Below, piece by piece: positions 1 through 13,115 of a stretch of 64,000 nucleotides of DNA. The notes beneath the pieces are model-generated. The model ran no database searches and had not been told where the DNA came from. It was given only the letters and a program-made list of their open reading frames with translations. A program made the translations under genes and the position numbers. Each line of letters starts with the position of its first letter. The stretch's first letter is position 1. Location of the stretch: NCBI RefSeq assembly GCF_054482595.1, contig NZ_CM137008.1. One strand, given 5' to 3'.

Positions 1-1656
1 CGTGCATTGCGCTGCTGCGGAGTTTGGTTCGACATAGGCCAGGCGTTTACCGGCGAGGCACTGGGTGGATGGCCCTTCAATAATAATGTTCGGGTTCAGA
101 TCGAGATTAATGTGGAACCAGAAAGTTGAACCGCGATTCGGCTGGCTATGGAACGAAATATCGCCGCCCATTTCATTAACCAGTTTTTGTGTAATCACCA
201 GCCCCAGCCCGGTGCCACCATGACGGCGGGAAATACTGGCATCAGCCTGTCGGAAGGCCTGGAATAAGCGCGATTGATCGCGTTCAGGAATACCAATGCC
301 GGTATCCCGAATCTGCACTTCAATCTGCACTTTGGTATTACTCAGCGCACGTTTTTCTACCAGAATATCAATGTTGCCATTCTCGGTGAATTTAATTGCA
401 TTCCCCACCAGGTTAGTGATGATTTGCTGTAATCGCAGTGGGTCGCCGATCACGTTATCAGGCACGTCGCTTTTAATATTGAGCGTCAGTTCCAACCCTT
501 TATCGTGAGAAGAATGTGCCAGCAGAGTAACGACTTCATCCAGCGTGCTGCGTAGTGGGAATGGAATACTTTCCAGAATCAGCTTACCTGCTTCCAGTTT
601 CGAGAAGTCGAGAACATCATTAATAATTGCCAGCAAATTATTTGCCGAACGTTCAATCGTATTCAGGTGATCGCGCTGCGTTGGTGTTAATTCTGTTTTC
701 AGCGTCAGGCGGGTAAAGCCAATAACACCATTCAGTGGTGTACGCAGCTCGTGTGACATATTTGCCAGAAACTCGGATTTAATACGTGCCGCTTCCTGGG
801 CGCGCTTTTTCGCCAGATCCAACTCAACGTTCTGAATTTCCATCTGCTCCAGCGTTTCACGCAGATCGGACGTCGCCTGGTCGATATTGTGCTGCATCTC
901 TTCGTGATAAGCAGCCAGCGACATTGCCATCGAGTTGATACCGTTTTTCAGCATATCCAGCTCGCCGAGCATAAATCCTTCCACCCGGCTGTCGAGTTGC
1001 CCGCGACGGATGCGGTCGACGGTATTCACCATGTTGCGAATCGGACCGGTTACATCGCGCATTAAGCGCCAGCCAAAAATAAGCGCAATACCGATACAAA
1101 ACAGCATCATCACGCTGGAAATAAAGATCTCTTTATATTGCTGCAAGCGAACCGATTTAAGATCCAGCTCAAGCGCAATATATCCCAACATATTTTGACT
1201 ATTTTTGGCATCGCTACTGGGCGATTCGTCGGGGGAGTAACTCTCAGAAATAATCGGCGTGCGGAGGATCATAATATCGCCGTCACGAGTGACAGTGAGC
1301 TGGCGAGGAAACGGCACGTTGCTGCCGAGCTGCATTGATGAGGGATCAAGATGAAAATTGGAGGTGACAAAGAGTCGGTTATTTTCATCATAAACCGAAA
1401 TCGCGCGAACAATATCGGAATGGCGACGATGCAGTACGCTTATTAACTGACCGATAGATTCGCGATTTTGCAGGCTCATGCCATATTCAGTAGAAACTGC
1501 AAGCGGCTCAATAATGCTGGCACCGGCATCTTCCAGTTGACGCTGCAAGTCGTTATAGCGATGCACGACGAAAAAGATACTCAGCAATAAACCAATAAGG
1601 ACGGTCGGTGCCAGGATCAGAATCATCATGCGTGCGCGCAGGCTGTAGTTGGTCAT
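1..1656 (-). CDS. barA: BarA hybrid sensor histidine kinase, N-terminal part; 3' end lies beyond the window start
   Basis: Reverse-strand translation from the ATG (complement of 1654-1656) reads [12 protein letters not shown]..., the BarA N-terminus as I remember it; absent from ORF track because no stop falls in the window. Confidence 0.85.
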
Positions 1657-1712
1657 GGAGTTCCGTTATGGGACAATTAAGGTCACACTGTTAAATTGAG
1701 AAAGTCTCGCCA

Positions 1713-3014
1713 ATGGCGCAATTCTACTCTGCAAAACGACGCACGACGACGCGTCAGATCATAACCGTTTCAGTCAACGACCTCGACTCTTTTGGTCAGG
1801 GCGTGGCGCGACATAACGGCAAAACGCTATTTATCCCCGGATTATTGCCGCAGGAAAACGCGGAAGTTACTGTTACTGAAGATAAAAAACAGTATTCCCG
1901 CGCTAAAGTCGTACGCCGGTTAAGCGATAGCCCGGAACGCGAAACGCCACGCTGTCCTCATTTTGGCGTATGCGGCGGCTGTCAGCAACAACACGCCAGC
2001 GTGGATTTACAGCAGCGAAGCAAAAGTGCGGCACTCGCCCGATTAATGAAACACGAAGTCTCTGAAGTGATCGCCGATGTTCCCTGGGGCTATCGCCGTC
2101 GCGCGCGTTTAAGTCTGAACTACTTACCGAAAACACAGCAACTTCAGATGGGGTTTCGCAAAGCGGGCTCCAGTGACATTGTCGACGTTAAACAATGCCC
2201 CATTTTAGTGCCCCAACTTGAAGCATTGCTGCCCAAAGTCAGGGCATGCCTGGGCAGCTTACAAGCTATGCGCCATCTTGGTCATGTTGAACTAGTACAG
2301 GCAACCAGCGGCACGCTGATGATTTTGCGCCATACCGCACCGCTAAGTTCGGCAGATCGCGAAAAACTGGAACGCTTTTCGCATTCTGAAGGCCTGGATC
2401 TGTATCTCGCCCCCGATAGTGAGATACTCGAAACCGTCTCTGGTGAGATGCCCTGGTATGACTCAAACGGGTTGCGCTTAACTTTTAGCCCGCGCGATTT
2501 TATTCAGGTCAATGCGGGTGTGAACCAAAAAATGGTAGCGCGTGCGTTGGAATGGCTGGATGTGCAACCTGAAGATCGCGTACTGGATCTGTTCTGCGGT
2601 ATGGGCAACTTTACACTGCCATTGGCGACACAAGCAGCCAGTGTGGTGGGTGTAGAAGGTGTTCCGGCGCTGGTGGAAAAAGGCCAGCAGAATGCGCGTC
2701 TTAATGGCTTACAGAATGTGACGTTTTATCATGAAAATCTTGAAGAAGATGTCACAAAGCAGCCGTGGGCGAAAAACGGCTTCGATAAAGTGTTGCTGGA
2801 CCCGGCGCGAGCAGGTGCCGCAGGTGTTATGCAGCAAATTATAAAACTGGAACCTATTCGTATAGTTTATGTATCCTGTAACCCTGCAACGCTGGCTCGG
2901 GATAGCGAAGCGTTATTAAAAGCAGGATATACCATTGCGCGACTGGCGATGCTGGATATGTTCCCACACACGGGACATCTGGAATCGATGGTACTTTTCT
3001 CGCGCGTTAAATAG
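1713..3014 (+). CDS. rlmD: 23S rRNA (uracil1939-C5)-methyltransferase RlmD (RumA)
   Basis: 433 aa ORF starting [21 protein letters not shown]; Cys cluster and SAM-methyltransferase motif (DLFCGMGNF). Confidence 0.93.
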   Translation: MAQFYSAKRRTTTRQIITVSVNDLDSFGQGVARHNGKTLFIPGLLPQENAEVTVTEDKKQYSRAKVVRRLSDSPERETPRCPHFGVCGGCQQQHASVDLQQRSKSAALARLMKHEVSEVIADVPWGYRRRARLSLNYLPKTQQLQMGFRKAGSSDIVDVKQCPILVPQLEALLPKVRACLGSLQAMRHLGHVELVQATSGTLMILRHTAPLSSADREKLERFSHSEGLDLYLAPDSEILETVSGEMPWYDSNGLRLTFSPRDFIQVNAGVNQKMVARALEWLDVQPEDRVLDLFCGMGNFTLPLATQAASVVGVEGVPALVEKGQQNARLNGLQNVTFYHENLEEDVTKQPWAKNGFDKVLLDPARAGAAGVMQQIIKLEPIRIVYVSCNPATLARDSEALLKAGYTIARLAMLDMFPHTGHLESMVLFSRVK

Positions 3015-3061
3015 TTGCGATTTGCCGATTTCGGCAGGTCTGGTCCCTAAAGGAGAGGACG

Positions 3062-5296
3062 ATGGTTGCGGTAAGAAGTGCACATATCAATAAGGCTGGT
3101 GAATTTGATCCGGAAAAATGGATCGCAAGTCTGGGTATTACCAGCCAGAAGTCGTGTGAGTGCTTAGCCGAAACCTGGGCGTATTGTCTGCAACAGACGC
3201 AGGGGCATCCGGATGCCAGTCTGTTATTGTGGCGTGGTGTTGAGATGGTGGAGATCCTCTCGACATTAAGTATGGACATTGACACGCTGCGGGCGGCGCT
3301 GCTGTTCCCTCTGGCTGATGCCAACGTAGTCAGCGAAGATGTGCTGCGTGAGAGCGTCGGTAAGTCGGTCGTTAACCTTATTCACGGCGTGCGTGATATG
3401 GCGGCGATCCGCCAGCTGAAAGCGACGCACACTGATTCTGTTTCCTCCGAACAGGTCGATAACGTTCGCCGGATGTTATTGGCGATGGTCGATGATTTTC
3501 GCTGCGTGGTCATCAAACTGGCGGAGCGTATTGCTCATCTGCGCGAAGTAAAAGATGCGCCGGAAGATGAACGCGTACTGGCGGCAAAAGAGTGCACCAA
3601 TATCTACGCGCCGTTGGCGAACCGTCTTGGGATTGGGCAACTGAAATGGGAGCTGGAAGATTACTGCTTCCGTTATCTCCACCCGACCGAATACAAACGC
3701 ATCGCAAAACTGCTGCATGAACGCCGTCTCGACCGCGAACACTATATCGAAGAGTTTGTCGGCCATCTGCGCGCTGAGATGAAAGCTGAAGGCGTTAAAG
3801 CTGAAGTGTATGGTCGTCCGAAACACATCTACAGTATCTGGCGCAAAATGCAGAAAAAGAACCTCGCCTTCGATGAGCTGTTTGATGTGCGTGCGGTACG
3901 TATTGTCGCCGAGCGTTTACAGGATTGTTATGCCGCACTGGGGATAGTGCACACTCACTATCGCCACCTGCCGGATGAGTTTGACGATTATGTCGCTAAC
4001 CCGAAACCAAACGGTTATCAGTCTATTCATACCGTGGTTCTGGGGCCAGGTGGCAAAACCGTTGAGATCCAAATCCGCACCAAACAGATGCATGAAGATG
4101 CAGAGTTGGGTGTTGCTGCGCACTGGAAATATAAAGAGGGCGCGGCAGCTGGCGGCGCACGTTCGGGACATGAAGACCGGATTGCCTGGCTGCGTAAACT
4201 GATTGCGTGGCAGGAAGAGATGGCTGATTCCGGCGAAATGCTCGACGAAGTACGCAGCCAGGTCTTTGACGACCGGGTGTATGTCTTTACGCCGAAAGGT
4301 GATGTCGTTGATTTGCCTGCGGGATCAACGCCGCTGGACTTCGCTTACCACATCCACAGTGATGTCGGACACCGCTGCATCGGGGCAAAAATTGGCGGGC
4401 GCATTGTGCCGTTCACCTACCAGCTGCAGATGGGCGACCAGATTGAAATTATCACCCAGAAACAGCCGAACCCCAGCCGTGACTGGTTAAACCCAAACCT
4501 CGGTTACGTCACAACCAGCCGTGGGCGTTCGAAAATTCACGCCTGGTTCCGTAAACAGGACCGTGACAAAAACATTCTGGCTGGGCGGCAAATCCTTGAC
4601 GACGAGCTGGAACATCTGGGGATCAGCCTGAAAGAAGCAGAAAAACATCTGCTGCCGCGTTACAACTTTAATGATGTCGACGAGTTGCTGGCGGCGATTG
4701 GTGGCGGGGATATCCGTCTCAATCAGATGGTGAACTTCCTGCAATCGCAATTTAATAAGCCGAGTGCCGAAGAGCAGGACGCCGCCGCGCTGAAGCAACT
4801 TCAGCAAAAAAGCTACACGCCGCAAAACCGCAGTAAAGATAACGGTCGCGTGGTGGTCGAAGGTGTTGGCAACCTGATGCACCACATCGCGCGCTGCTGC
4901 CAGCCGATTCCTGGAGATGAGATTGTCGGCTTCATTACCCAGGGGCGCGGTATTTCAGTACACCGCGCCGATTGCGAACAACTGGCGGAACTGCGCTCCC
5001 ATGCGCCAGAACGCATTGTTGACGCGGTATGGGGTGAGAGCTACTCCGCCGGATATTCGCTGGTGGTCCGCGTGGTGGCTAATGATCGTAGTGGGTTGTT
5101 ACGTGATATCACGACCATTCTCGCCAACGAGAAGGTGAACGTGCTTGGCGTTGCCAGCCGTAGCGACACCAAACAGCAACTGGCGACCATCGACATGACC
5201 ATTGAGATTTACAACCTGCAAGTGCTGGGGCGCGTGCTGGGTAAACTCAACCAGGTGCCGGATGTTATCGACGCGCGTCGGTTGCACGGGAGTTAG
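3062..5296 (+). CDS. relA: GTP pyrophosphokinase RelA ((p)ppGpp synthetase I)
   Basis: 744 aa ORF starting MVAVRSAHINKAGEFDPEKW; full-length RelA. Confidence 0.95.
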   Translation: MVAVRSAHINKAGEFDPEKWIASLGITSQKSCECLAETWAYCLQQTQGHPDASLLLWRGVEMVEILSTLSMDIDTLRAALLFPLADANVVSEDVLRESVGKSVVNLIHGVRDMAAIRQLKATHTDSVSSEQVDNVRRMLLAMVDDFRCVVIKLAERIAHLREVKDAPEDERVLAAKECTNIYAPLANRLGIGQLKWELEDYCFRYLHPTEYKRIAKLLHERRLDREHYIEEFVGHLRAEMKAEGVKAEVYGRPKHIYSIWRKMQKKNLAFDELFDVRAVRIVAERLQDCYAALGIVHTHYRHLPDEFDDYVANPKPNGYQSIHTVVLGPGGKTVEIQIRTKQMHEDAELGVAAHWKYKEGAAAGGARSGHEDRIAWLRKLIAWQEEMADSGEMLDEVRSQVFDDRVYVFTPKGDVVDLPAGSTPLDFAYHIHSDVGHRCIGAKIGGRIVPFTYQLQMGDQIEIITQKQPNPSRDWLNPNLGYVTTSRGRSKIHAWFRKQDRDKNILAGRQILDDELEHLGISLKEAEKHLLPRYNFNDVDELLAAIGGGDIRLNQMVNFLQSQFNKPSAEEQDAAALKQLQQKSYTPQNRSKDNGRVVVEGVGNLMHHIARCCQPIPGDEIVGFITQGRGISVHRADCEQLAELRSHAPERIVDAVWGESYSAGYSLVVRVVANDRSGLLRDITTILANEKVNVLGVASRSDTKQQLATIDMTIEIYNLQVLGRVLGKLNQVPDVIDARRLHGS

Positions 5297-5309
5297 GCCG
5301 AAATTTGCT

Positions 5310-5352
5310 CGTATCTACAATGTAGATTGATATATACTGTATCTACATATGA
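5310..5352 (+). promoter_or_regulatory. mazEF promoter/operator region with palindromic repeats
   Basis: atctacaatgtagat palindrome and second tgtatctacatatgata copy directly upstream of mazE; matches the autoregulated mazEF operator known from K-12. Confidence 0.5.
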
Positions 5353-5373
5353 TAGCGGTTTGAGGAAAGGGTT

Positions 5374-5622
5374 ATGATCCACAGTAGCGTAAAGCGTTGG
5401 GGAAATTCACCGGCGGTGCGGATCCCGGTTACGTTAATGCAGGCGCTCAATCTGAATATTGATGATGAAGTGAAGATTGACCTGGTGGATGGCAAATTAA
5501 TTATTGAGCCAGTGCGTAAAGAGCCCGTATTTACGCTTGCTGAACTGGTCAACGACATCACGCCGGAAAACCTCCACGAGAATATCGACTGGGGAGAGCC
5601 GAAAGATAAGGAAGTCTGGTAA
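5374..5622 (+). CDS. mazE: MazE antitoxin
   Basis: 82 aa [30 protein letters not shown]; overlaps mazF start. Confidence 0.95.
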   Translation: MIHSSVKRWGNSPAVRIPVTLMQALNLNIDDEVKIDLVDGKLIIEPVRKEPVFTLAELVNDITPENLHENIDWGEPKDKEVW

Positions 5623-5957
5623 TGGTAAGCCGATACGTACCCGATATGGGCGATCTGATTTGGGTTGATTTTGACCCGACAAAAGGTAGCGAGCAAGCTG
5701 GACATCGTCCAGCTGTTGTCCTGAGTCCTTTCATGTACAACAACAAAACAGGTATGTGTCTGTGTGTTCCTTATACAACGCAATCAAAAGGATATCCGTT
5801 CGAAGTTGTTTTATCCGGTCAGGAACGTGATGGCGTAGCGTTAGCTGATCAGGTAAAAAGTATCGCCTGGCGGGCAAGAGGAGCAACGAAGAAAGGAACA
5901 GTTGCCCCAGAGGAATTACAACTCATTAAAGCCAAAATTAACGTACTGATTGGGTAG
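5622..5957 (+). CDS. mazF: MazF mRNA interferase toxin
   Basis: 111 aa [38 protein letters not shown]. Confidence 0.95.
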   Translation: MVSRYVPDMGDLIWVDFDPTKGSEQAGHRPAVVLSPFMYNNKTGMCLCVPYTTQSKGYPFEVVLSGQERDGVALADQVKSIAWRARGATKKGTVAPEELQLIKAKINVLIG

Positions 5958-6027
5958 TGTTACTAACTCACTTCTATTCTGGTCACAGGTTTCCACCTGA
6001 CAGACCCGCAATTTTCAGGACAATTCA

Positions 6028-6819
6028 ATGAATCAAATCGACCGTTTGCTCACTATTATGCAGCGCCTGCGCGATCCGGAAAACGGCTGCCCGTGGGATA
6101 AAGAGCAGACATTTGCCACCATTGCGCCTTACACCCTTGAAGAAACCTACGAAGTGCTGGACGCCATCGCCCGTGAAGATTTTGACGATCTTCGCGGTGA
6201 ACTGGGCGATCTGCTATTCCAGGTGGTGTTTTACGCGCAAATGGCTCAGGAAGAAGGGCGCTTTGACTTTAATGATATTTGCGCTGCTATTAGCGATAAA
6301 TTAGAGCGTCGCCATCCGCATGTTTTTGCTGATAGTTCTGCCGAAAACAGTAGTGAAGTGCTTGCCCGTTGGGAGCAAATCAAAACCGAAGAGCGCGCGC
6401 AGAAAGCGCAGCATTCGGCGCTGGACGATATTCCTCGTAGTTTACCGGCTTTAATGCGTGCGCAAAAAATCCAGAAACGTTGCGCCAACGTTGGCTTCGA
6501 CTGGACGACGCTTGGCCCAGTGGTTGATAAAGTCTACGAAGAGATCGACGAGGTGATGTACGAGGCACGGCAGGCTGTTATCGACCAGGCTAAACTGGAG
6601 GAGGAAATGGGTGACCTGCTGTTTGCCACGGTCAATCTGGCTCGTCATTTAGGGACAAAAGCGGAAATCGCATTGCAAAAAGCGAACGAAAAATTCGAGC
6701 GTCGTTTTCGCGAAGTGGAGCGTATTGTTGCCGCGCGTGGATTGGAAATGACAGGTGTTGACCTCGAAACAATGGAAGAAGTCTGGCAACAGGTAAAACG
6801 GCAGGAAATTGATCTCTAA
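6028..6819 (+). CDS. mazG: Nucleoside triphosphate pyrophosphohydrolase MazG
   Basis: 263 aa ORF MNQIDRLLTIMQRLRDPENGCPWDKEQTF. Confidence 0.93.
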   Translation: MNQIDRLLTIMQRLRDPENGCPWDKEQTFATIAPYTLEETYEVLDAIAREDFDDLRGELGDLLFQVVFYAQMAQEEGRFDFNDICAAISDKLERRHPHVFADSSAENSSEVLARWEQIKTEERAQKAQHSALDDIPRSLPALMRAQKIQKRCANVGFDWTTLGPVVDKVYEEIDEVMYEARQAVIDQAKLEEEMGDLLFATVNLARHLGTKAEIALQKANEKFERRFREVERIVAARGLEMTGVDLETMEEVWQQVKRQEIDL

Positions 6820-6832
6820 GGGAATTACGCGG

Positions 6833-6874
6833 TCAAGCGCCATTTGTGTCATTTTTTAAATGACAAGCGCTTGA
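6833..6874 (+). terminator. Nested imperfect hairpin downstream of mazG (possible terminator or protein-binding palindrome)
   Basis: tcaagcgc ... tgtcattt ttt aaatgaca ... gcgcttga; outer 8-bp and inner 8-bp arms; only a short T-run follows. Confidence 0.35.
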
Positions 6875-7031
6875 TTTGCGTCAAAAACATTTACCCCAAA
6901 GGGGCTATTTTCTCACTCCTGATTTCAATAGTGCGCTGGCGAAGAGGAGGGATAATGAAAGTTTGTGGCACAGGTCATGTTCGGGTATACTGCTTTCCCG
7001 TCCTGGTTATTCCATCGTCTTTTCAACCTAA

Positions 7032-8684
<1,653 letters not shown>

Positions 8685-8756
8685 GTAAAAAAGTTAGAAC
8701 GGCAACGCGTACCCTGGGTACGCGTTGTTTGTCTGGAGTTTCAGTTTAACTAGTGA

Positions 8757-10070
<1,314 letters not shown>

Positions 10071-10090
10071 GACTGACTTTATCTGATTTA

Positions 10091-10121
10091 AAAATGCCAG
10101 CCTCCGGGCTGGCATTTTTTA
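10091..10121. terminator. Rho-independent terminator shared by convergent eno and TPM operon
   Basis: aaaaa tgccagcc tccg ggctggca tttttt; GC stem flanked by A-run and T-run, so it works in both directions. Confidence 0.8.
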
Positions 10122-10129
10122 TGGTTGAG

Positions 10130-11023
10130 TTACCAGCGGCCGGATGCGCCGCCACCTCCAGAAGAACCGCCCCCGCCGCTAAATCCGCCGCCACTTGAGC
10201 CTCCACCGGAAGAGGATGAAGAAGAACCTTTTCTTGAAGCTCTTTCTTTACTGAGTTTTTTGTATTTGGCGCGTAGCTTTTTATTGACGATAAGCCAAAA
10301 AATAACCAGTGGTACGATCGCAAAAGGCGTTAACATACCGCAGGCAACGATTAAATTGGTCCATGGTCCTGGCTCGGCAACATAGAGGAATACCATCCCG
10401 TAAATGGCGCCAGTGAGAGTGATCCAGGGTAAATTCGACGGATCGGTAAAAACAATAAAATATGAAAGTACCGCCAGCAATATAATTACAGCAAGCGATA
10501 ATGGAATAGGGGGATTGATACTGTAATAATCCCCCCTGTCTTCCGGTAATTCACCATTTAACAGAAGCGCGCCGATATTTTCGCTTGCCAGTGTTAATCC
10601 ACCCATCAGGTCATCACTTTTGAAGGCAGGGATCAATATATCCCTGATAATCTTCGCCGCTTGCAGGTCGGTAACCACCCCTTCCAGCCCGTAGCCAACC
10701 TCAATACGAACAGCATGATCCTCCCAGGCAACCAGAAGTAAAATACCATCGTTTCTCTGCTTATCTCCCAGTTTCCAGCTATCAAAAACCCTTGTAGCAT
10801 ATTGTTCAATGGAATCGTCTCCGGTGGACGGCACTACTAATACAGCGACCTGCGCCCGTGTTTTATGTGTAATATCCTGCAGTTGCTGTGTCAGTGATTG
10901 TTGTTCAGAAGTGCTTAACGTACCAGTAATATCGGTCACCTGTTGGCGCAGTTCCGGCACAGCAATTTGCTGGGCAAGCCCAGGAAGACACCACAAAGTG
11001 AATAGAATAAAGATTAAGCGCAT
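10130..11023 (-). CDS. ygcG: TPM-domain (YgcG-like) membrane protein, paralog 1, with Gly/Ser-rich C-terminal tail
   Basis: ORF 10130..11035; likely ATG at 11021-11023 giving MRLIFILFTLWCLPGLA signal peptide; TPM core GILLLVAWEDHAVRIEVGYGLEG; predicted TM helices; tail SGGGGSSGGGGASGRW. Confidence 0.8.
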   Translation of the reverse strand: MRLIFILFTLWCLPGLAQQIAVPELRQQVTDITGTLSTSEQQSLTQQLQDITHKTRAQVAVLVVPSTGDDSIEQYATRVFDSWKLGDKQRNDGILLLVAWEDHAVRIEVGYGLEGVVTDLQAAKIIRDILIPAFKSDDLMGGLTLASENIGALLLNGELPEDRGDYYSINPPIPLSLAVIILLAVLSYFIVFTDPSNLPWITLTGAIYGMVFLYVAEPGPWTNLIVACGMLTPFAIVPLVIFWLIVNKKLRAKYKKLSKERASRKGSSSSSSGGGSSGGGFSGGGGSSGGGGASGRW

Positions 11024-11028
11024 TACGA

Positions 11029-12177
11029 TCACCAACGGCCGGATGAACCGCCGCCTCCTGAAGAACCGCCACCACCGCGGAAAGAATTTCTCGACGAAGA
11101 GCGAGAGTGAGCATTACGATTCCCCGTTTTCCTGTTGCTTTTTTCTCCTGATCCCAGCTTAAGATTGCCAGTAAATTTGGCCACAATGATCAGCAGAACG
11201 ATGCCAGCAATGGTTATTGGACCGATAAAATGATCAATTAACCCAATAATTGTTGAGATGAATGCAATATCTTTAATACTGGCGAACACCAGGCACCATC
11301 CCACAATAATTATCAGCATCACGACAAACAATGAATTTCGTCCTGATTCACGAACCTGCGGAGTCTTCTTTTGTTTTTTCACTTTAGCGTTTTTATTTTT
11401 TGGGGCCAGCATCATAGGAAATACGCGGCACAAATTAAAAACTACCGCGAGACGCTGCTTGCAGGTTGTTGCTAACAATAAACTAAAACAAACGATCGAC
11501 ACCCGCCGAATGATGACATCGTCCTGAAAGGAGAAAAACCAGACCATAGGGGTAATCATCGATATCATCCATATGCCACGCCGTGGGCGGCTGGCAAATC
11601 GCCAGAGGACAACGATGGCAACGATCATCAGCAGTGTCCAGGCAAGACATGGCAGCGAACGTTGCGGATTAGCAAACAGATGATTGGCTAAAGCATCCAA
11701 AGGGCTAAGGTTCGCTTTGATATGGGTAAACTGTGCGATGCTTTCAATTCCGCCCGTTAATCCAGCAAAGAGATTGTTTTTTTCGAATTCTGGCTGCATA
11801 TGGTAACGAACAATTTGCGCAGCTTGTTCCGGCGGCAACATCTGTTCCAGTCCATGTCCAATCTTCATTGACGCCAGCCCTTCCGGCCATACGACGAGAA
11901 TTAAGATACCTTCGCCATATCGCTTCTCTCCAACGGGTTTCCAGTGATATACCCCGTATCTCTGCGAGGCTGCAAGTTTAATGTTTTTGCCCCCTGTGGT
12001 CGGCGTAACCAACACGGCCACCTGGAAGTGGTTTTGCTGCTCGAGAGTCTGTAATTGTTGAGTTAAAGCAGTTTGTTCTTCTGTCGTTAATGTCCCGGTT
12101 AAGTCAGTCACTGAAGGCAATCGTTCAGCGAATACCTGAAAACCGCATAGCATCAGAAGTAAGAGAAAAATACGCAT
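11029..12177 (-). CDS. TPM-domain membrane protein, paralog 2 (382 aa, extended membrane region)
   Basis: MRIFLLLLMLCGFQVFA signal peptide; TPM core GILILVVWPEGLASMKIGHGLEQ; several hydrophobic segments; Lys-rich linker; tail GGGGSSGGGGSSGRW; stop 5 nt from paralog 1 start. Confidence 0.75.
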   Translation of the reverse strand: MRIFLLLLMLCGFQVFAERLPSVTDLTGTLTTEEQTALTQQLQTLEQQNHFQVAVLVTPTTGGKNIKLAASQRYGVYHWKPVGEKRYGEGILILVVWPEGLASMKIGHGLEQMLPPEQAAQIVRYHMQPEFEKNNLFAGLTGGIESIAQFTHIKANLSPLDALANHLFANPQRSLPCLAWTLLMIVAIVVLWRFASRPRRGIWMISMITPMVWFFSFQDDVIIRRVSIVCFSLLLATTCKQRLAVVFNLCRVFPMMLAPKNKNAKVKKQKKTPQVRESGRNSLFVVMLIIIVGWCLVFASIKDIAFISTIIGLIDHFIGPITIAGIVLLIIVAKFTGNLKLGSGEKSNRKTGNRNAHSRSSSRNSFRGGGGSSGGGGSSGRW

Positions 12178-12191
12178 ATCAATTCCTTTTG

Positions 12192-13115
12192 TTACCAGCG
12201 CCCGGAAGCGCCACCGCCACCAGATGAACCGCCACCACCGCTAAAATTGTCATTGTCGAATGAAGAGGATGACGATGATGAATAGTGGGAGAAAGAATTG
12301 CTTCTTGTATGGCGTGATGGCTGGTTGGCATCACGCATCAAATCCCGAACTTTTTTGCCGAAGGGGGTAAAAGCGATGGCGACAGCCAGGAACGGTGTGG
12401 CGAAGCAGAGTAATGTTGTGAGTACTCCCCAGCTTCCGCTGAAACCTGCTATAGGTAAAACAAAGGCCAGTACAATAGCTGCGAAGCAAATTACTCCCAG
12501 CGTTTTGATATATCCTCTGGCAGAAATAAACGTCAGTACTATCGCCCAGGCTAACAAGGCCCACCAACCGCTAAAAGGTAAAGGGTGATCGGCCGGTGCT
12601 ATCGTCGCTAAATTATTCCCTGCCAAACGGTTTTCAATATCGCTGAGTCCCTTTTGCAAGCCGCCAGCAAGATCACCATTTTTAAATGCCGGAATAATAC
12701 TGTTGCGAATAATTTGCCCGGACTGCGCATCCGTAATAATACCTTCCAGTCCGTAACCGATTTCAATACGCACGGTATGATCCTGCCAGGCGACTAACAG
12801 TAGAACGCCATCATCGCTGTCTTTATCACCCGGTTTCCAGCTATCGAATACCCGCGTTGCGTACTGCTCGATGGTTTCATCGCCTGTTGTATCAACCACT
12901 AACACGACCAACTGTGCGTGGTTTTTTTGCGTCAGGGCTTTAATCTGGTTGGTCAGGGTGTTTACTTCGCTGTTTGTTAATGTGCCGGTTAAGTCATTCA
13001 CATACTTGGGGGATTCAGGTACTGGAATTTGTGTGGCAAACACAGATGAACAGAAGAAAGCCATAAGGAAGATAAAATTTCGCACAGAACTTCCCCGCTT
13101 AATGAGCATTAGCAT
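12192..13115 (-). CDS. TPM-domain membrane protein, paralog 3
   Basis: 307 aa ORF; TPM core GVLLLVAWQDHTVRIEIGYGLEG; TM helices; tail SGGGGSSGGGGASGRW; start ATG at 13115 or 13109, overlapping the lemA 3' end. Confidence 0.75.
   Translation of the reverse strand: MLMLIKRGSSVRNFIFLMAFFCSSVFATQIPVPESPKYVNDLTGTLTNSEVNTLTNQIKALTQKNHAQLVVLVVDTTGDETIEQYATRVFDSWKPGDKDSDDGVLLLVAWQDHTVRIEIGYGLEGIITDAQSGQIIRNSIIPAFKNGDLAGGLQKGLSDIENRLAGNNLATIAPADHPLPFSGWWALLAWAIVLTFISARGYIKTLGVICFAAIVLAFVLPIAGFSGSWGVLTTLLCFATPFLAVAIAFTPFGKKVRDLMRDANQPSRHTRSNSFSHYSSSSSSSFDNDNFSGGGGSSGGGGASGRW

Noticed and set aside
10130-13115. Three TPM genes as a recent tandem duplication (assembly artefact or amplification)
   Set aside because: Paralogs differ substantially at DNA and protein level and in length (about 297, 382, 307 aa), so they are ancient paralogs, not collapsed or expanded repeats.
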